The notes under the pieces: model-generated
What the model saw: the letters and a program-made list of their open reading frames with translations, nothing else
Told to the model about the DNA's origin: nothing
Databases searched by the model: none
Shown here: positions 42,973-61,025 of the stretch, in pieces
Position numbering within the stretch: position 1 is the stretch's first letter
Layout of the letters: each line of letters begins with the position of its first letter
Assembly (NCBI GenBank): GCA_020536535.1
Contig: JAHLWZ010000573.1
Location: 1-64,000 of the forward strand
DNA: 64,000 nucleotides
Reading direction: 5' to 3'
DNA from: Pelomyxa schiedti
Lineage: Eukaryota; Protista; Evosea
Translations under genes and position numbers: made by a program

Positions 42973-44561
42973 TTAATGGCCTTCTGTTGTGGGTGTTGGT
43001 GTTGGTTCTGTGGTTGCTGGTTTAGGGGGAGGAGTTGGTTCAGAGGTTGTTACTGCAGCTCTTTTCTTGTCCGGGTCATGGGTATTGACACAGTTGATGA
43101 GGGTAGACTTGAGGGCGAACATCTGAGCACAAAGGTTATGGGTGAGGAACGCTATTCCGGTTGGTCCTAAATCATATAGTTCAACTGCTTTGCACCCTCC
43201 ATTGACTGTCACGGCAGCCCTAATTCGAAGTTAGATAATTCAGGCATCCCTCTCAGGTGTACTTGGTGCATGCAGGCCAGTTGATGCTGTTTTGTATGCC
43301 GTCCCGTTGCATTTGCTCAAAGAATTCTGCAGCTTCGATCTGAAAACAAGAAAAGTTAAGAAAATACATAGTAAAGAATTCTACCATGGAAATATCTGCT
43401 TGCCGGAAGGAACTAATGAAAGCTGGAGAGTCAGGTACCGGTGCCCAAACCTCATGTCGACCAAGAGCAATTTTTTCTTTGATAAACTGTGTCATCCCGT
43501 CCTCCTGGTAGAATGGAGAATGGAAGGCGTCATGAATGGGCAAAAGCTTTGCCTGTTCTGGCATGATGGTTTTCAATTTGGCCAACGGTGTTGGGTGCCC
43601 TATTTCTCGTCATATTCGGAAAAAAATTAGGCAATTACCTCCAACAACAGTTAGCATTGGAGTCAGTTTCATTGCGGCAAATAGGGGAGAATCTGGAAAC
43701 TCGGCATTAATTGTGGCCAGTGTCTTCTCCAGAACAGGTGCAGGGCCCTTGACGGTACATAACCAGGACTTGACCATGTTCTCTTTCCCCCATCGTTGGG
43801 TATGCAACTTGTTCAAGAAGAGGCAGGTTTCAATCTCTGACCGTGCAGTCTGAGAAAGAACGACGAGGAGTTTTTCGAGATTATCTTTTCAAAAATTAGT
43901 GTAAGTGAGAGTAAGTTGTAAGCAATGACCAGCTTTGCTTATGGCGCCTAAAGCAGGCTCTCCCGCCGAGTATCCCAGTAACACGTCAAACGATGCTCGG
44001 AAAGCACGATACCTCTTGTTTCCATCTGGGTCATCAGCATCAGTACCCGTGCCAAGTGCCGCGACAAGGAAACAGGTAACCGAGAAAATAGCTTGCATTG
44101 GTGAGACAACAAGGAAGTGTGACAGAAATTCGTTCGATGGGCAATCGGCCTCATTCTTCACCCTGGTGCAAAATATAAGTGGGGGTAAGACAACAAAAAT
44201 AACAATATAGCAAGAACATAACAGCGAGGGAGGGAGGTGCAAGCACACGCACACGCACACGCACACACCAAGCGTAGCAATCCCATACAGGGACCGTGTC
44301 GCAATAGGCCTTGATGGCAGGGAACATCTCACAGGCCAGCGCCTTGTCCGCCACCACGTTGAACGCCGCCGACGCCTCGGCCGCTACCCCCGCCACGAAC
44401 CCATCCACGATGGGGAACATGGCGCACCACCGGCGAAGCCGCACGAACAGCCACGTGCGTATGTCCGGGTCCTCCGCAAACCCCGCCGCGATCGCGATCC
44501 TACGCGCCCTGGCTGCCGGTGCTGCTGTGGGCGCCTCACTCGGTGTCGGTGTCGTTGCCAT
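42973..44561 (-). CDS. Stand-alone acyl-CoA:ACP transacylase (SAT/FabD-like AT fold)
   Basis: Nucleophile elbow GYSAG (43961-43975), KSWLCTVKG, TVVGGHP..L, LLPIHDAFHSPF, INW, LYDLGPT. Confidence 0.8.
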
Positions 44562-44819
44562 TGTTCAGGTGGTTGAATCAAATTCTCTTTAAGAGAGTTA
44601 TGTTGATTACATTGTGTACCCGTTCCTATCTTTTTCTCCGTGAACTGTGCAACTGAACAGTTCTGCGAAGCCATTTTGATGATATGGTCGCCCCCAGTCA
44701 GGCCTGGGATTACCGAGTCGCAATGCAGGAATGTTCTCCAGAGCTGCAAGTAAGGAAAGGAGTTTTTGTAGACATTGTTAGAGAACCCAATCAATTTCCC
44801 TGCAGATTTGGCCAGCGAC

Positions 44820-46208
44820 ATGGGTCGACACGGGTTCCAACCCCGCGTACGTGTAGCATAGTACCACGCAGTCATCAACGAGCACCTAACATGAAGCTAT
44901 AGGGATGGATCAACCCAATGGTGATGGCCCGGATGAATTTCAAGCAATACACAGGACCCACGCTCAAGGACTACCTCAACAGGCCAAGGCCATCATGGGA
45001 CGAAGTCAAAACCAAAATTGCAGAGAAAGAAAAACACACCTCTGAAATGGACGAGTGGGAACAACGTGCCCTGACCGAGCACAGGGAGCAACTCGCAAAG
45101 GACAGGTACACAAACTTATGGGTGCGGCAATGGCCCATTCTATAGAATTAAATTATGGCTGGTGTTCCCTAATTGCAGTGTATTAATGAGTGTTTATATC
45201 TACAGGGAAAGACTCATGGGGTACTCCTCTAGAGCTGACAAACACAAAAAACACAAGCACAAGCATAAGCACAAACACTCATCATCTTCCTCCTCAGAGT
45301 CTGATTCTGAAGAGGATTCGGCAATTGTCAACACGTCCACTACAGATTCTGCAACTACAATGCCAAGTGCACCACCTTCTAGTACAAATGCACCTTCATC
45401 TGATTCTAGCTCCTCCAGCGACGAAAGTAGTCACCACCACAAGAAAAAAAAGAAAAAAGACAAGGACAAGAAAAAGAAGAAATCACACAAAAAGAAGCAT
45501 ACTGCCACTCGTGCAGATGGCCCTGTCAAATTGAGTGACTTCTTCAAGAATGCAGCGGAGGAATACCGGCACCACAGCCCCAGTCCACCCCCGCGTCCTT
45601 CATCACCACCTCACAGTGCACCCCGTAAATCCTCGCCCCCACCCCGCAGAGCGTCTTCTCCGCACCGCAGCACCTCCCCTGCGCACCGGACCACCTCTCC
45701 TCCACCACGCAGAGCGTCTTCTCCGCGCCGCAGTGCCTCCCCTCCACGCAATACACACAGTCCACCTTCTGTACATTCCGCTCCGCACAGTACTCATACA
45801 CCTACCCCCACACCTCAAAATTCCAATTCCACACCGACTTCCGCTTCAAGTCCCTCAAAGGTGTTTGAACAAGTAACTCGCCGAGTGTCATCACCCACTA
45901 CTATCACAATTACCAAAGCTGCTGGTTGTGATTCCAACCATCCGGAATTGGATTCCGCAGCAGCACCCTCACCACAGCACTCTTGGACAACATCCAGAAG
46001 TGAATCCTCACATACCAACCACCACGCCACCCTCCCCACTCATCGCAACCACCATCTTGATCATGATGACCCTGAGCACTCACGCTCCCAACAGGATTAT
46101 GATCACACACACAAGCATACATCACCACCTGGTGGAGACAGGCACCCAGACAATTACCCCCATAATACAAAACGGCGTCGTGTTGACGACTCCCACAACA
46201 GACATTAA
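44820..46208 (+). CDS. FAM133: FAM133-like protein
   Basis: MGRHGFQPR|GWINPMVMAR..GPTLKDYLNRPRPSWDEVK, followed by K/H/S-rich and RRASSP repeats. Confidence 0.85.
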
Positions 46209-46272
46209 CTTTTTGTGATTTGCTTCAGTCCTATGTAGTAAACTTTTTTAAAAATGGTTCAAAATCATCGTT

Positions 46273-48964
46273 CTAAGTGCTATTCTGGGTAAGCTTGTAA
46301 AGTGGCTGGGCACAGAGCTGTGATAAACCCCAGATGTACTCCTTCTGTTTGGGACTACCCATCCTCAGATAGGTGAAGAATAAACTCTCTGCTTGAGCAA
46401 GTACTTTGTCGGCAGATAGTTTTCCAGCAAGGCCATTTATGAACTGTGAGTACTGTTAGTGTGAATGAGCGAGGTGTATTGATTTTAACCTGAAGAATTT
46501 CGTCATATTTCATCTAGGAATCGAGACAGAAGTGAGTTGTATGTCAATGATGATGGCAGAACATACATCAGCTTGCATCAATTGGTCGCGGTGCTGTGTT
46601 AGTATTGCTAACGCAATAAAAAGTTGAAAAGTTGGAGAAGAGTGGGACCATATAGTCTCCCAAATATGTTTTACTGTGTCAAAAGAAAATTCACGCTGTT
46701 TGTTCGTTATCTCTCGCATGGGGAAAGACTGCTTTACCTTAAATAGAACTAACAGCCAGCGATAGCAAAAGTACAAACTCTCCGATCCAGAGCTTTCTTG
46801 TGGTGGTTAGAGTAATTCTGGATTGTTTAAAGATACTTAAATGACTAAAAAGTCGAGGATCAATGACTTCGAGAATGTCACGTATTGCATCAAGTTGTTC
46901 CCGTATTGCTGGTTGATCCTTGTGGAAGTTCATTTCCTAAAATGTGAAGTTATTTCAAGCTTTTTGCAGGTTGCACAAGCCATCCGATCCATTAGACCTT
47001 TGAAACACCAAAAGGTGGCCACTTCATCTCCATCCATCACCTCGAGAATGACACTGCACAGGTCATTCATACCTTGCATGTAACCTGAAGAAAAGTTACC
47101 TTTTCAAAAGAATCTTGAAGATATTACCACAGTCAGAATTGAAATGAGAATAAGTTAATAAAATTTCAAAAAGCATGTTCACATGGTGTAGGTTGGTGTC
47201 TCCTACACAAATGAGTGCACATACAAACTTTGATGAATGCCTTGATAATAGGGATAAGTTCGGTCTGTGCGAAGTACATCTCTCTCAATTTGTTGCTTTC
47301 TGAGTCTGAACTTTGAACATCGTGCCTCCTGTTCAGGGCCCATAGAAGTCCACTGGCTCTTGATAGCAAAATATTGAAGCCTAAGGTGATGTAATCAACG
47401 ATGTAGCCCAGAGCAATCCCTACCTCTTTGTGGTATGCAAAGCTCTTCTTTCTTCATTCGTGGAATTCCATGGATAGAAAGAGAGAAGGTATTTCCAAAC
47501 TTCCTGACGGATATCTGCCGAAACACCCTCTTTGGAGTTAGTGGATGAAGAGCAACAAAAAGGGAGTACCCCAGAAAAGATCCGCTGACAGATATCCATT
47601 TTCTTTTTTTCTGGCATTCGCCCGTCGTTATCAAACGACTCAATCCATTCCATGGCATTTAAGGGACTACATCGCATGACCTGCATGAGTTTGAGTACTT
47701 ACACAGTAATAATAATAAAAAACAACCTCCGGAAGCTCTTCATTTACTGGGCACGGGATAGGCTTGCTCTGGAGTTCAGTTGCTTTATTAGCGGCACTGG
47801 GGGATTCGATGACTTCAAAGTCTCCCATTTTCGTTGGCATTACAACTGCAGTCTTTACACCTGGCTTGGCCCAAATGCCAAGTGACTCGAATACTTTCCA
47901 AGGAAGCTCTGCTATGTCTGGAATTCCCTGTGGAGAAATGGACCCTCTTGATGGATCGTCAACTACTGATGGGGCCAATAGAGCCGCATCCATTCCAAAC
48001 ATTGGTAATTCCTTGCAAGTTTTTGCCCAAATATCATTGTTGTCATCAATTACAAACACGTTGGGGTCTTCTTCTGCACTGTATGTTTAGTCAGGATTTG
48101 TATTGCTTTACGTGGATATCACCTTCGCAAAGAGTCACGAAGAACGAGGAAGAGCTCTTTAAGACCACCACTGAAGAGGAAGAATGTCGGTGTGATGAGT
48201 CCATTTTTCAGAGCAAAGGTGACGTGAGATACACTGTTTCCTTTTCGTGGACGATATCTAGGGATCTTTTCAGCACATCCACTGATGCGATTAAATTACC
48301 TTTTTGCTGAGTATATATCACACAGCAAGAATTTCGTAACGGGTTGGTTGGGGGGATCAGGTTGACTTGCGAACCATGGAGGAATGGGTGGAAGGGATAC
48401 TGTTTCCAGGAGGGCTGAAATGGCTATGGCAAGGTCTGTTGCAGGACCCGTGGTAGCCACAGAATTTAAGGAAATATCAGCAAAGGTATCGGGCTCAGTT
48501 GGCTTGCCTCCATAAGCAAATTAGAGGGAAGGGTCCAGAACATACAGTTTGGAGACTGGCGGACTTTGAATACGGAAGCCACTCAAAACAGGTGTCATCC
48601 TGTAATGGCAGATACGCAGCAGGTTGTGTAATCCTCAACAACCCTCTGATGCCCTGTCCGGCCCTATCAAACCCCACCACAAATTTGTGAATGGACGCGC
48701 ACAACGTTCATCTTCTCTATTTAAACAGAAGGAAAGGGCAATGATGAAACACAGAGCCACGCTTATCCACTGTGCGCGCGTGTGTTGTTTTTGCGCCACT
48801 CACATTTGCACCACGACGTTCGGCATCACAGTCACTCTCACGTCCCCGCCCTTTGTCGCGCTGTCGTCTGTGCCCCGATCGGCCCCGATCGCCGCGGTTG
48901 TTGCGGCAGCCGAAGCACAACCGCCGTCGCCTGCCGCACCACCTACGCCCCTGGAGGCCATCAT
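46273..48964 (-). CDS. TBC1D15: TBC-domain Rab GAP (TBC1D15/17, Gyp7-like)
   Basis: IRQEVWKYLL, IERDVLRTDR (Arg finger), GYMQGMNDL (Gln finger), FWCFKGLM, FCYRWLLVLFK|REF. Confidence 0.88.
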
Positions 48965-49083
48965 TTCGACGGAATGCCTTTGTTTTCGTGGTTAATCGAG
49001 GGGTGTATGTATTGTAAATTACTCCCAGTGGTGAGAAGCACCGCAAGTGGTCTGTTTGCAATTGAGTGAGGTGACTGAATGAG

Positions 49084-50463
49084 TCAGGTTACCTGCAAGG
49101 TCTGGGTGTACTGGGATCGAGATTGCACAGAGGCATGTGGGTGGAATGGGCACTTGGATCCAAGGCACTGCAGGTAATGTCAGTCGGTTTAATTATGTTG
49201 AAGGGGATGTTCCCGATACCTGTTTGTTATTCTTAAAAACATTGCAGACCACATTGCTTGGTTTTGTGAAGTGCACCCTTAAGAAATTGTCAGCACTATT
49301 TTGCAAAATAGAGATCCATCTACCCCAATTTCACGGCAGAAAAGTGTTGTCCAACTAGAACTCCATTAAATGTTGCCCTGGCACTGGAGGATGTGATGAA
49401 CTCCCAAAAAAAAAAAAGAAATAGATAGTACCAACAACGAGGGCCACCAATGGAAGCCAGACTCTGAAGGGCAGCTCCTGTTCCCTAACAACAAAGTGGT
49501 GAAATCTGGTTAACTTAAATGTGGTAACCTCACTTGGTTGGAGCAAGACCACTCGCGGGTCGACATTGGGGTGGCGTTCTGAACAACACTAAGGAAGATT
49601 CCAACACCCACAGCCCCACCACAACATCCACAGAATCCACACCATCCACCAGGAACTTCTGCTGTTATGTGTCAGTAAGGAGTAGATTATTGGAAGAGAA
49701 TACATGATCGTTTCTTTGCCGCTTTCAAGTCACTCAACTTCTTTTCACGCGGTGATCCCAATGTGTTGTGATAAGCTGTTATCAACACGGCCGGAACAAG
49801 GAAGTGGTGCTCTGGTCCATGCATGCAGACACTCGGAAATTCAAGCAGCGAATATGCTGTGTGTGTTAATGAGAGCTATTGGAGTGGCAGTCACCGATCA
49901 ATGCCACCAACCAACACGATTGACACCACACAACCAACGCAGACGCACACACACACAGACATACCCAATGAGAGCGGATCACTCGTGTCAGACTCGGCAC
50001 ACACAGAGAGTATTGCGTGGACAGCATCGGCCGAGTGGCACGAGTCGCACACAAAGTGGCCACGACCACACGTGACCATCACGTCATAGAACACTCCCCC
50101 GCACACAACGCACCGCGCTCCTCCCTGTGTCCCCTCATGATGGCTGCCACTTTTTTCTGGTGCCGAAGAAGTGCGATATACGAGGTCAGCACCACACACC
50201 AAGCAGTTGTTCTTCCTGATGGGCCTCACTGTTTGTGCTGGTGGCGTGGCAGGGTGGTCGGTGGGTGGCTGTTCTGGGGTCGTCAGTGTACTCTGACGCA
50301 ACAGCATAGATGGCGCGCGTGACACACCCTCCCACAAGTTTCTCTTGCTGTGGCTCTGTGTGTTGGCATTTGGTCTTGGTGTGGAGTGGATCGCTCCCAG
50401 ATGGTAGACGGGCCACGGACGTGTGCTCCCATAAGCGAGATGCACGATCCTCGCCCTCATCAT
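49084..50463 (-). CDS. DUF5714-type Cys-rich protein with an N-terminal presequence-like extension
   Basis: CLVCGADLVY..CVVCG..CGRGHFVCDSCH, MHGPEHHFLVPAVLITAY, VPGGWCGFCGCCG, ATPMSTREW, IGGPRCC, CLGSKCPF. Contains spliceosomal introns. Confidence 0.8.
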
Positions 50464-50620
50464 AGTGTTGCTCAAACCACACCACGCAGACAGCCCGTCA
50501 TGGCCAGGATTCGGCGAAAGTTTTTGAAGGAAAAGGCAGATGCTCTGTTAATTATGTACGTCTGTGGCCTTAAAAGGACCCACAATTTAGTCATCATCAC
50601 TTCAGCACAGAAGCGTTGTT

Positions 50621-51678
50621 TTAAGAGAGGTAAGTGACCTTAACAGGGTTCCTTGGAACAAGCCTCCTGTGTACCGGCACTGGTTCGCCAACCATTATCT
50701 GTAACGTGATCATTATCTGATCAGTTATGAGGTTTGGGAATACATACAGCACCAACGCAGACTTTCCCTTCAGGGATTAAAGCTTGCAGGGGTGCATATT
50801 CCTTGACGGCAAGCTGGAAGAATCCGGCCCAGCATGTACCAAGGCCAAGGGAGGGAGCAACCATGCTTAAGGTTGTAAGGGCAATAGAGCCGTCAATATC
50901 GGGCATTCCAAATTGGACTACAGCTGGAGAGAGTGCAATTATGACGACAGGGGCCCCCCGGAAGATTGGGTCCTGTCCGACATCCCATTGGGAGGTAACA
51001 TACTGAGAGTAGGGGAGGTTTTTGGCCTTGATCCATTCCACAACAGGAACGGCGTACTTGCGAACCTTTTTGTTGTGCATCAGGGTTCTTGGGAGAAAGA
51101 ACCAACCTGCTCTGGAGTTACTAGAACAAGGTATTCAATCATCTGTGTATTTCCAGACGTTTGGGTGTAATGGGTTATTTCCAGGAGCCTGTCAATTTTT
51201 GCTTGGGGAATAGGCCCAGGAAGGAAACGCCTGATTGAGCGGCGACTACGGACGAGTTGTTCAATCTTTTGGTTTTTTCTCCGTGTTACATTCTCTTAGT
51301 TATAAGAGGGAAAAAAGCACCTGTGCCTCGGAAACTGTTAATTCGGGACGAATTGGAGGGAAGTCAGCCTCCAAGGACCTGTTTTCCCACGAAAGGGCCC
51401 CAACAGGGCAGACCGCGGCACAGTGTCCGCACTACCGAACGTTACATAACACAAAAAAAGAAAAGAAAGAACCTTACTGCACATTGTAGTACTAGTAACA
51501 GGCGCCGCTCCCTTTGTCCATTTAATGCCTAGAAAAAATCATCCAAAAAAAAAAAAAAGAAAAGAAGCTGAAGCTGTATACAGAAAGAAGGACACTCAAC
51601 AGCACACGCCCCACACTTGATGCACTTGGTCTCGTCCACAACGATCCGCGTCATCTCCGTCCCTGTCGTGGCCGCCAT
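50621..51678 (-). CDS. Nitroreductase with an N-terminal 2x[4Fe-4S] ferredoxin domain
   Basis: CIKCGACAVECP and CSK|CGHCAAVCP, RSRRSIRRF, DPIFRGAP, GLGTCWAGF. Confidence 0.92.
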
Positions 51679-51855
51679 CCCCCTGCTTTTTCTGTTTATT
51701 CCTTGTTCAATGAACGCTCTTCTCCTAACGTGAATGCCTCTTCATTCTAAGGGTTCACAATAACAAGTTACAGAAGGAAAATTCAGTTGTACAAACAGGG
51801 TGTATAGCTTGGATATTATCGTACAATGGTGCTAATTCTGTGCAGTGGTAATCTC

Positions 51856-57728
<5,873 letters not shown>

Positions 57729-58007
57729 CGTTTCGTTTTTTTTTGATAATTTTGATGTCCCTTTCAGCAGAACTGGAGGATTCATGAAGAGTACAATAGA
57801 GCAGAACAAGGACCCAACTCCAAGTGAACTCCAGAGACCAGACACAACTCTGCTACAGAGTGCTTCCAGATCTTCAGATGCTAAAAATGTCCTCATTTTC
57901 CATCCCTTCGAAACAATCAGACAGTTGTGGGCTTAGCATAAATCCAAACACGAAACCATTGAAGCGACACCGTCGCGTACCCTCAGTATCGTTAACATCC
58001 CATAATC

Positions 58008-60760
58008 ATGGAAGTGTCAAGGGAGTGCTTGCAGTCGTGGACGTGCCTTGTTGACGACACCAACGAAACAAATTGGTTTGTTTTTATGCAATTACCGTTT
58101 AGTACTTTTCATTGTTTTGGGTTTTTTGTTAATAGCAAATTGCCATAAAAATAAGGGATAGGATTATTGTAACTTATGTAGGGTGTTGTGGACATTAGTG
58201 GACGGTAGGCCTCCAATGGTGAAACTGTTCCAAACGGGGACAGGTGGCCTTACTGAGATGAGGGAGTGTCTAACACCTTCAGAGTGTCTCTATGGTGGCC
58301 TCCTTGTGCAAGCTGTTGATGAGAAACAGGTGACTATTGCCTTTTTCTTTCCCGTTCATTGAAATTTACTTGTGATGTACAGGGGCTCACAAGCGTCCGT
58401 AATAGATATGTGTGCTTTGTATTTGCGGGAAAACAAGCCCCGATTCTTAAAAAAGCACGACTCTCCAGCCAGAAAGGTCTTGTATTTGCTAAGATGCCTA
58501 ATGTATCAGTTTCACTGGAATTCATTGGGGCAGATCCTTCCCAGTTATCAAATACCAGTACTTATCTTTTCTTCAGCTTTTTATCTCTAAAATTCCAAGG
58601 GATTGCCAACGAACTTCTGGCCTGTGGTGGTGCGCACAAGGTATTTGGCAATTATAATAAAAATTGGTAGTACTCACTCCTCATACCACAGCCAACACAT
58701 TATGACTTCGGTGATGGAACGCGATATGACATCTTAGATTTTCACAGTGGTGAAGGGGTGAGTGGATTCAAAAATATTCCTTTTCTCACAATGATTCAGA
58801 CATCGGAAGACAGGAATATCAAGCCAACAAGAAGGGTTGTAGCCACTAGAAAGCCTGCAGTTGAGGTATATTCTTTCATGCCGGTGCGTTTTATTGACAA
58901 TCTGTAAGACACCAAAAGCTGAGGTCATCCCAGAGCCTGCTCGAACACCAAGCCCTACATTCCCTCTGCAGACCAGTTCCGCAGCAGCATCAGGAACACC
59001 CACTAAGCCTCCCCCTACGTGTGCTGTCTGCAGTAAACAAGTTCCTCCAAGCGAGAGGCTCACCGCTGATAGCGAGTTGTACCACAAGAGTTGCTTTAAA
59101 TGTTCTCACTGCAATAAGTTACTCACTCTTGGGAATTATGCCAGGTTGACTTTTTTTTATATGCATGAAGTCTAACAAAACCTAGCATGAATAACAAAAT
59201 ATACTGTAAACCTCATGCGAAGTTACTATCTGCAGACAAAGGAAGCGCAAAGTTAGGGGATAGCTCTGCATCACCAACTGCTGACATCAGAGCTGCTCTT
59301 TTAAAGAAACGTGAAGCTAGTGAAGTATGCACTAGCAGCAAACTTTGCATGAACTAAATACCCAAAGGAACTTGCAACTTTTACAGAAAAAATCCGCACC
59401 CTCAGAGCAGCAAAGGCAAGTCTGGAGGAAAAACTTGCTGAAGTGAACTCACAATTAGCGGCTGCAGAAGCTGATTGTTCTAAGGCCTTAAGGAAGCTGG
59501 ATGATTGTAATGCAGCTGACGCTGACCGGAAAAGGCTCGAAGAAGAGACGAAAAGAAAGGAACAAGAGGAGGCAGAGAAGAAAAGAGCTGCAGAAGAGCA
59601 GGCAAAACGGGAGGATGAAGAGAGGAAAAAGGCAGAGGAGGAGAGGATAAGGGCCGAGAAACAGAGAAAGGCCGAGGAAGATCGTCAGAGAGCAGAAGAA
59701 GCAAGGAGAGCTGAGGAACAGAAGAAAATAGAGGATGAAGAGAGACAGAGAGCGGAAGAAGCATTGGCTGTTGAACGTCAGGCCAAGGCCGAAGCGTTGA
59801 AACGCCAACAAGAAGCTGAGGCAGAAGCAGAGGATGAGAGGAAGAGAGTTGAGGCAGAGTTGGAAGAAGTCAAGAGAAACGAAGAAATTAAAAGAAAAGC
59901 ATTAGCGGAGGCAGAAGACGAAGAGAATCGACGGCTTGAGAGAGAGACGAGAGAGGCAGAAGAGCTTCAAATGCTGGAACAGAAGCGAAAAGCTGAGGAA
60001 GAAGAAGCACTACAACGGGAAGAAGCTGAACAACAACGATTGGGAGAAATGCAGAAGGCCGCAGAAGAAGAACAAAGAAATGCTGAGCTAGAACGAGAAT
60101 CAATGGAAGCGGAACTCAGAAAAAAAGCACAAGAAGAAGCAGATGCGGCAGAGGCTGAAAAGCAGCGGAAAAAACAAGAAAAGCTCCGGAAAAAGGCGGA
60201 AATAGAAGAGGAAATGGCCAGAGAGGAAGAACGCATGAACCAGAAACGTAAAGAGAAAGAAGAAGCCAAAAGAAAAGCCGAAGAGGCCGCGGAGGCTGAA
60301 GCAGCAGCAGCAGAGAAGGCCAAGGTATCCAAAGCACCAATAAACAAGAAATAATAAATAAAAACCACGTCACAACCAACCACCCCAAACAATAACCAAT
60401 AAAAGTCACCGTACATTCCACATCAACAAATTCCTCACACGTGAATCACAGGAAGAAGAAATGGAGAAACGAGCCAGAGCCCAGGAGGAAACCCGGACAT
60501 CCAGGTCATCCAAATCCAAGAGGAGCACCAAGTCGCCCAAGTACATCCACGAGGGTGGCACTGAGCACTGCAACAACTTCCTGTGCATTGACTGCCACAA
60601 GCCGGGCTGCGACTGTGACAAGTGCCTGGCCCAGGGTGACACTGACCCAAGGGCCACCATGTTCATCCACGACGGTGGTATCCTACGCTGTGAGAACTTC
60701 CTGTGTGACCAGTGCCACCCCCCTGGAAAGTGCAAGTGCAAAATGTGTGCTGACAGCTAA
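58008..60760 (+). CDS. Actin-binding protein: coactosin-like ADF-H, LIM, E/K/R coiled coil, twin Cys/His motif
   Basis: TGTGGLTEM..RYVCFVFAG..LKKAR..GGAHKPTHYDFG. LIM: CAVC..YHKSCFKCSHC..YCKPH. About 300-aa charged helix. The last exon is joined by a phase-0 intron (AAG|GTATCC..CACAG|GAA). Confidence 0.85.
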
Positions 60761-61025
60761 ACAACCATCCTGGTGAGAATTAAAAAAAATACGGCTATCC
60801 AACGCATTTTTATTTGGCAGTTCATAAGAACCCAGCACCAACAACACTGGTGGGAATCCCGAAAAGAAGTTGGCAGATTTGAAAGCAGCACAGCAGCCAT
60901 GATCATGTATACAACCACAATGATGGAGGTTCTCCAGTCCATCCTCAACCCTCACCTCAGTCCATATCTCCTGACACATCAATCCAACTTGTCCTCAACA
61001 GTAATAATTTCATCTGATGGTGAGC

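Noticed and set aside
42980-46349. 9-bp flanking direct repeats read as a Mutator/Pack-MULE target-site duplication
   Set aside because: No terminal inverted repeats or transposase, and both 9-mers lie inside coding exons of unrelated genes. Microhomology is the simpler explanation.
59480-60421. Long antisense ORFs here and opposite other low-complexity exons (e.g. 11436-11849, 14700-15182, 56775-57284)
   Set aside because: Shadow ORFs produced by the biased codon content of the real strand.
60583-60718. CxxCH motifs as c-type heme sites
   Set aside because: The protein is cytosolic and actin-binding with no targeting signal, and extra Cys residues surround the motifs. Metal binding is more plausible.
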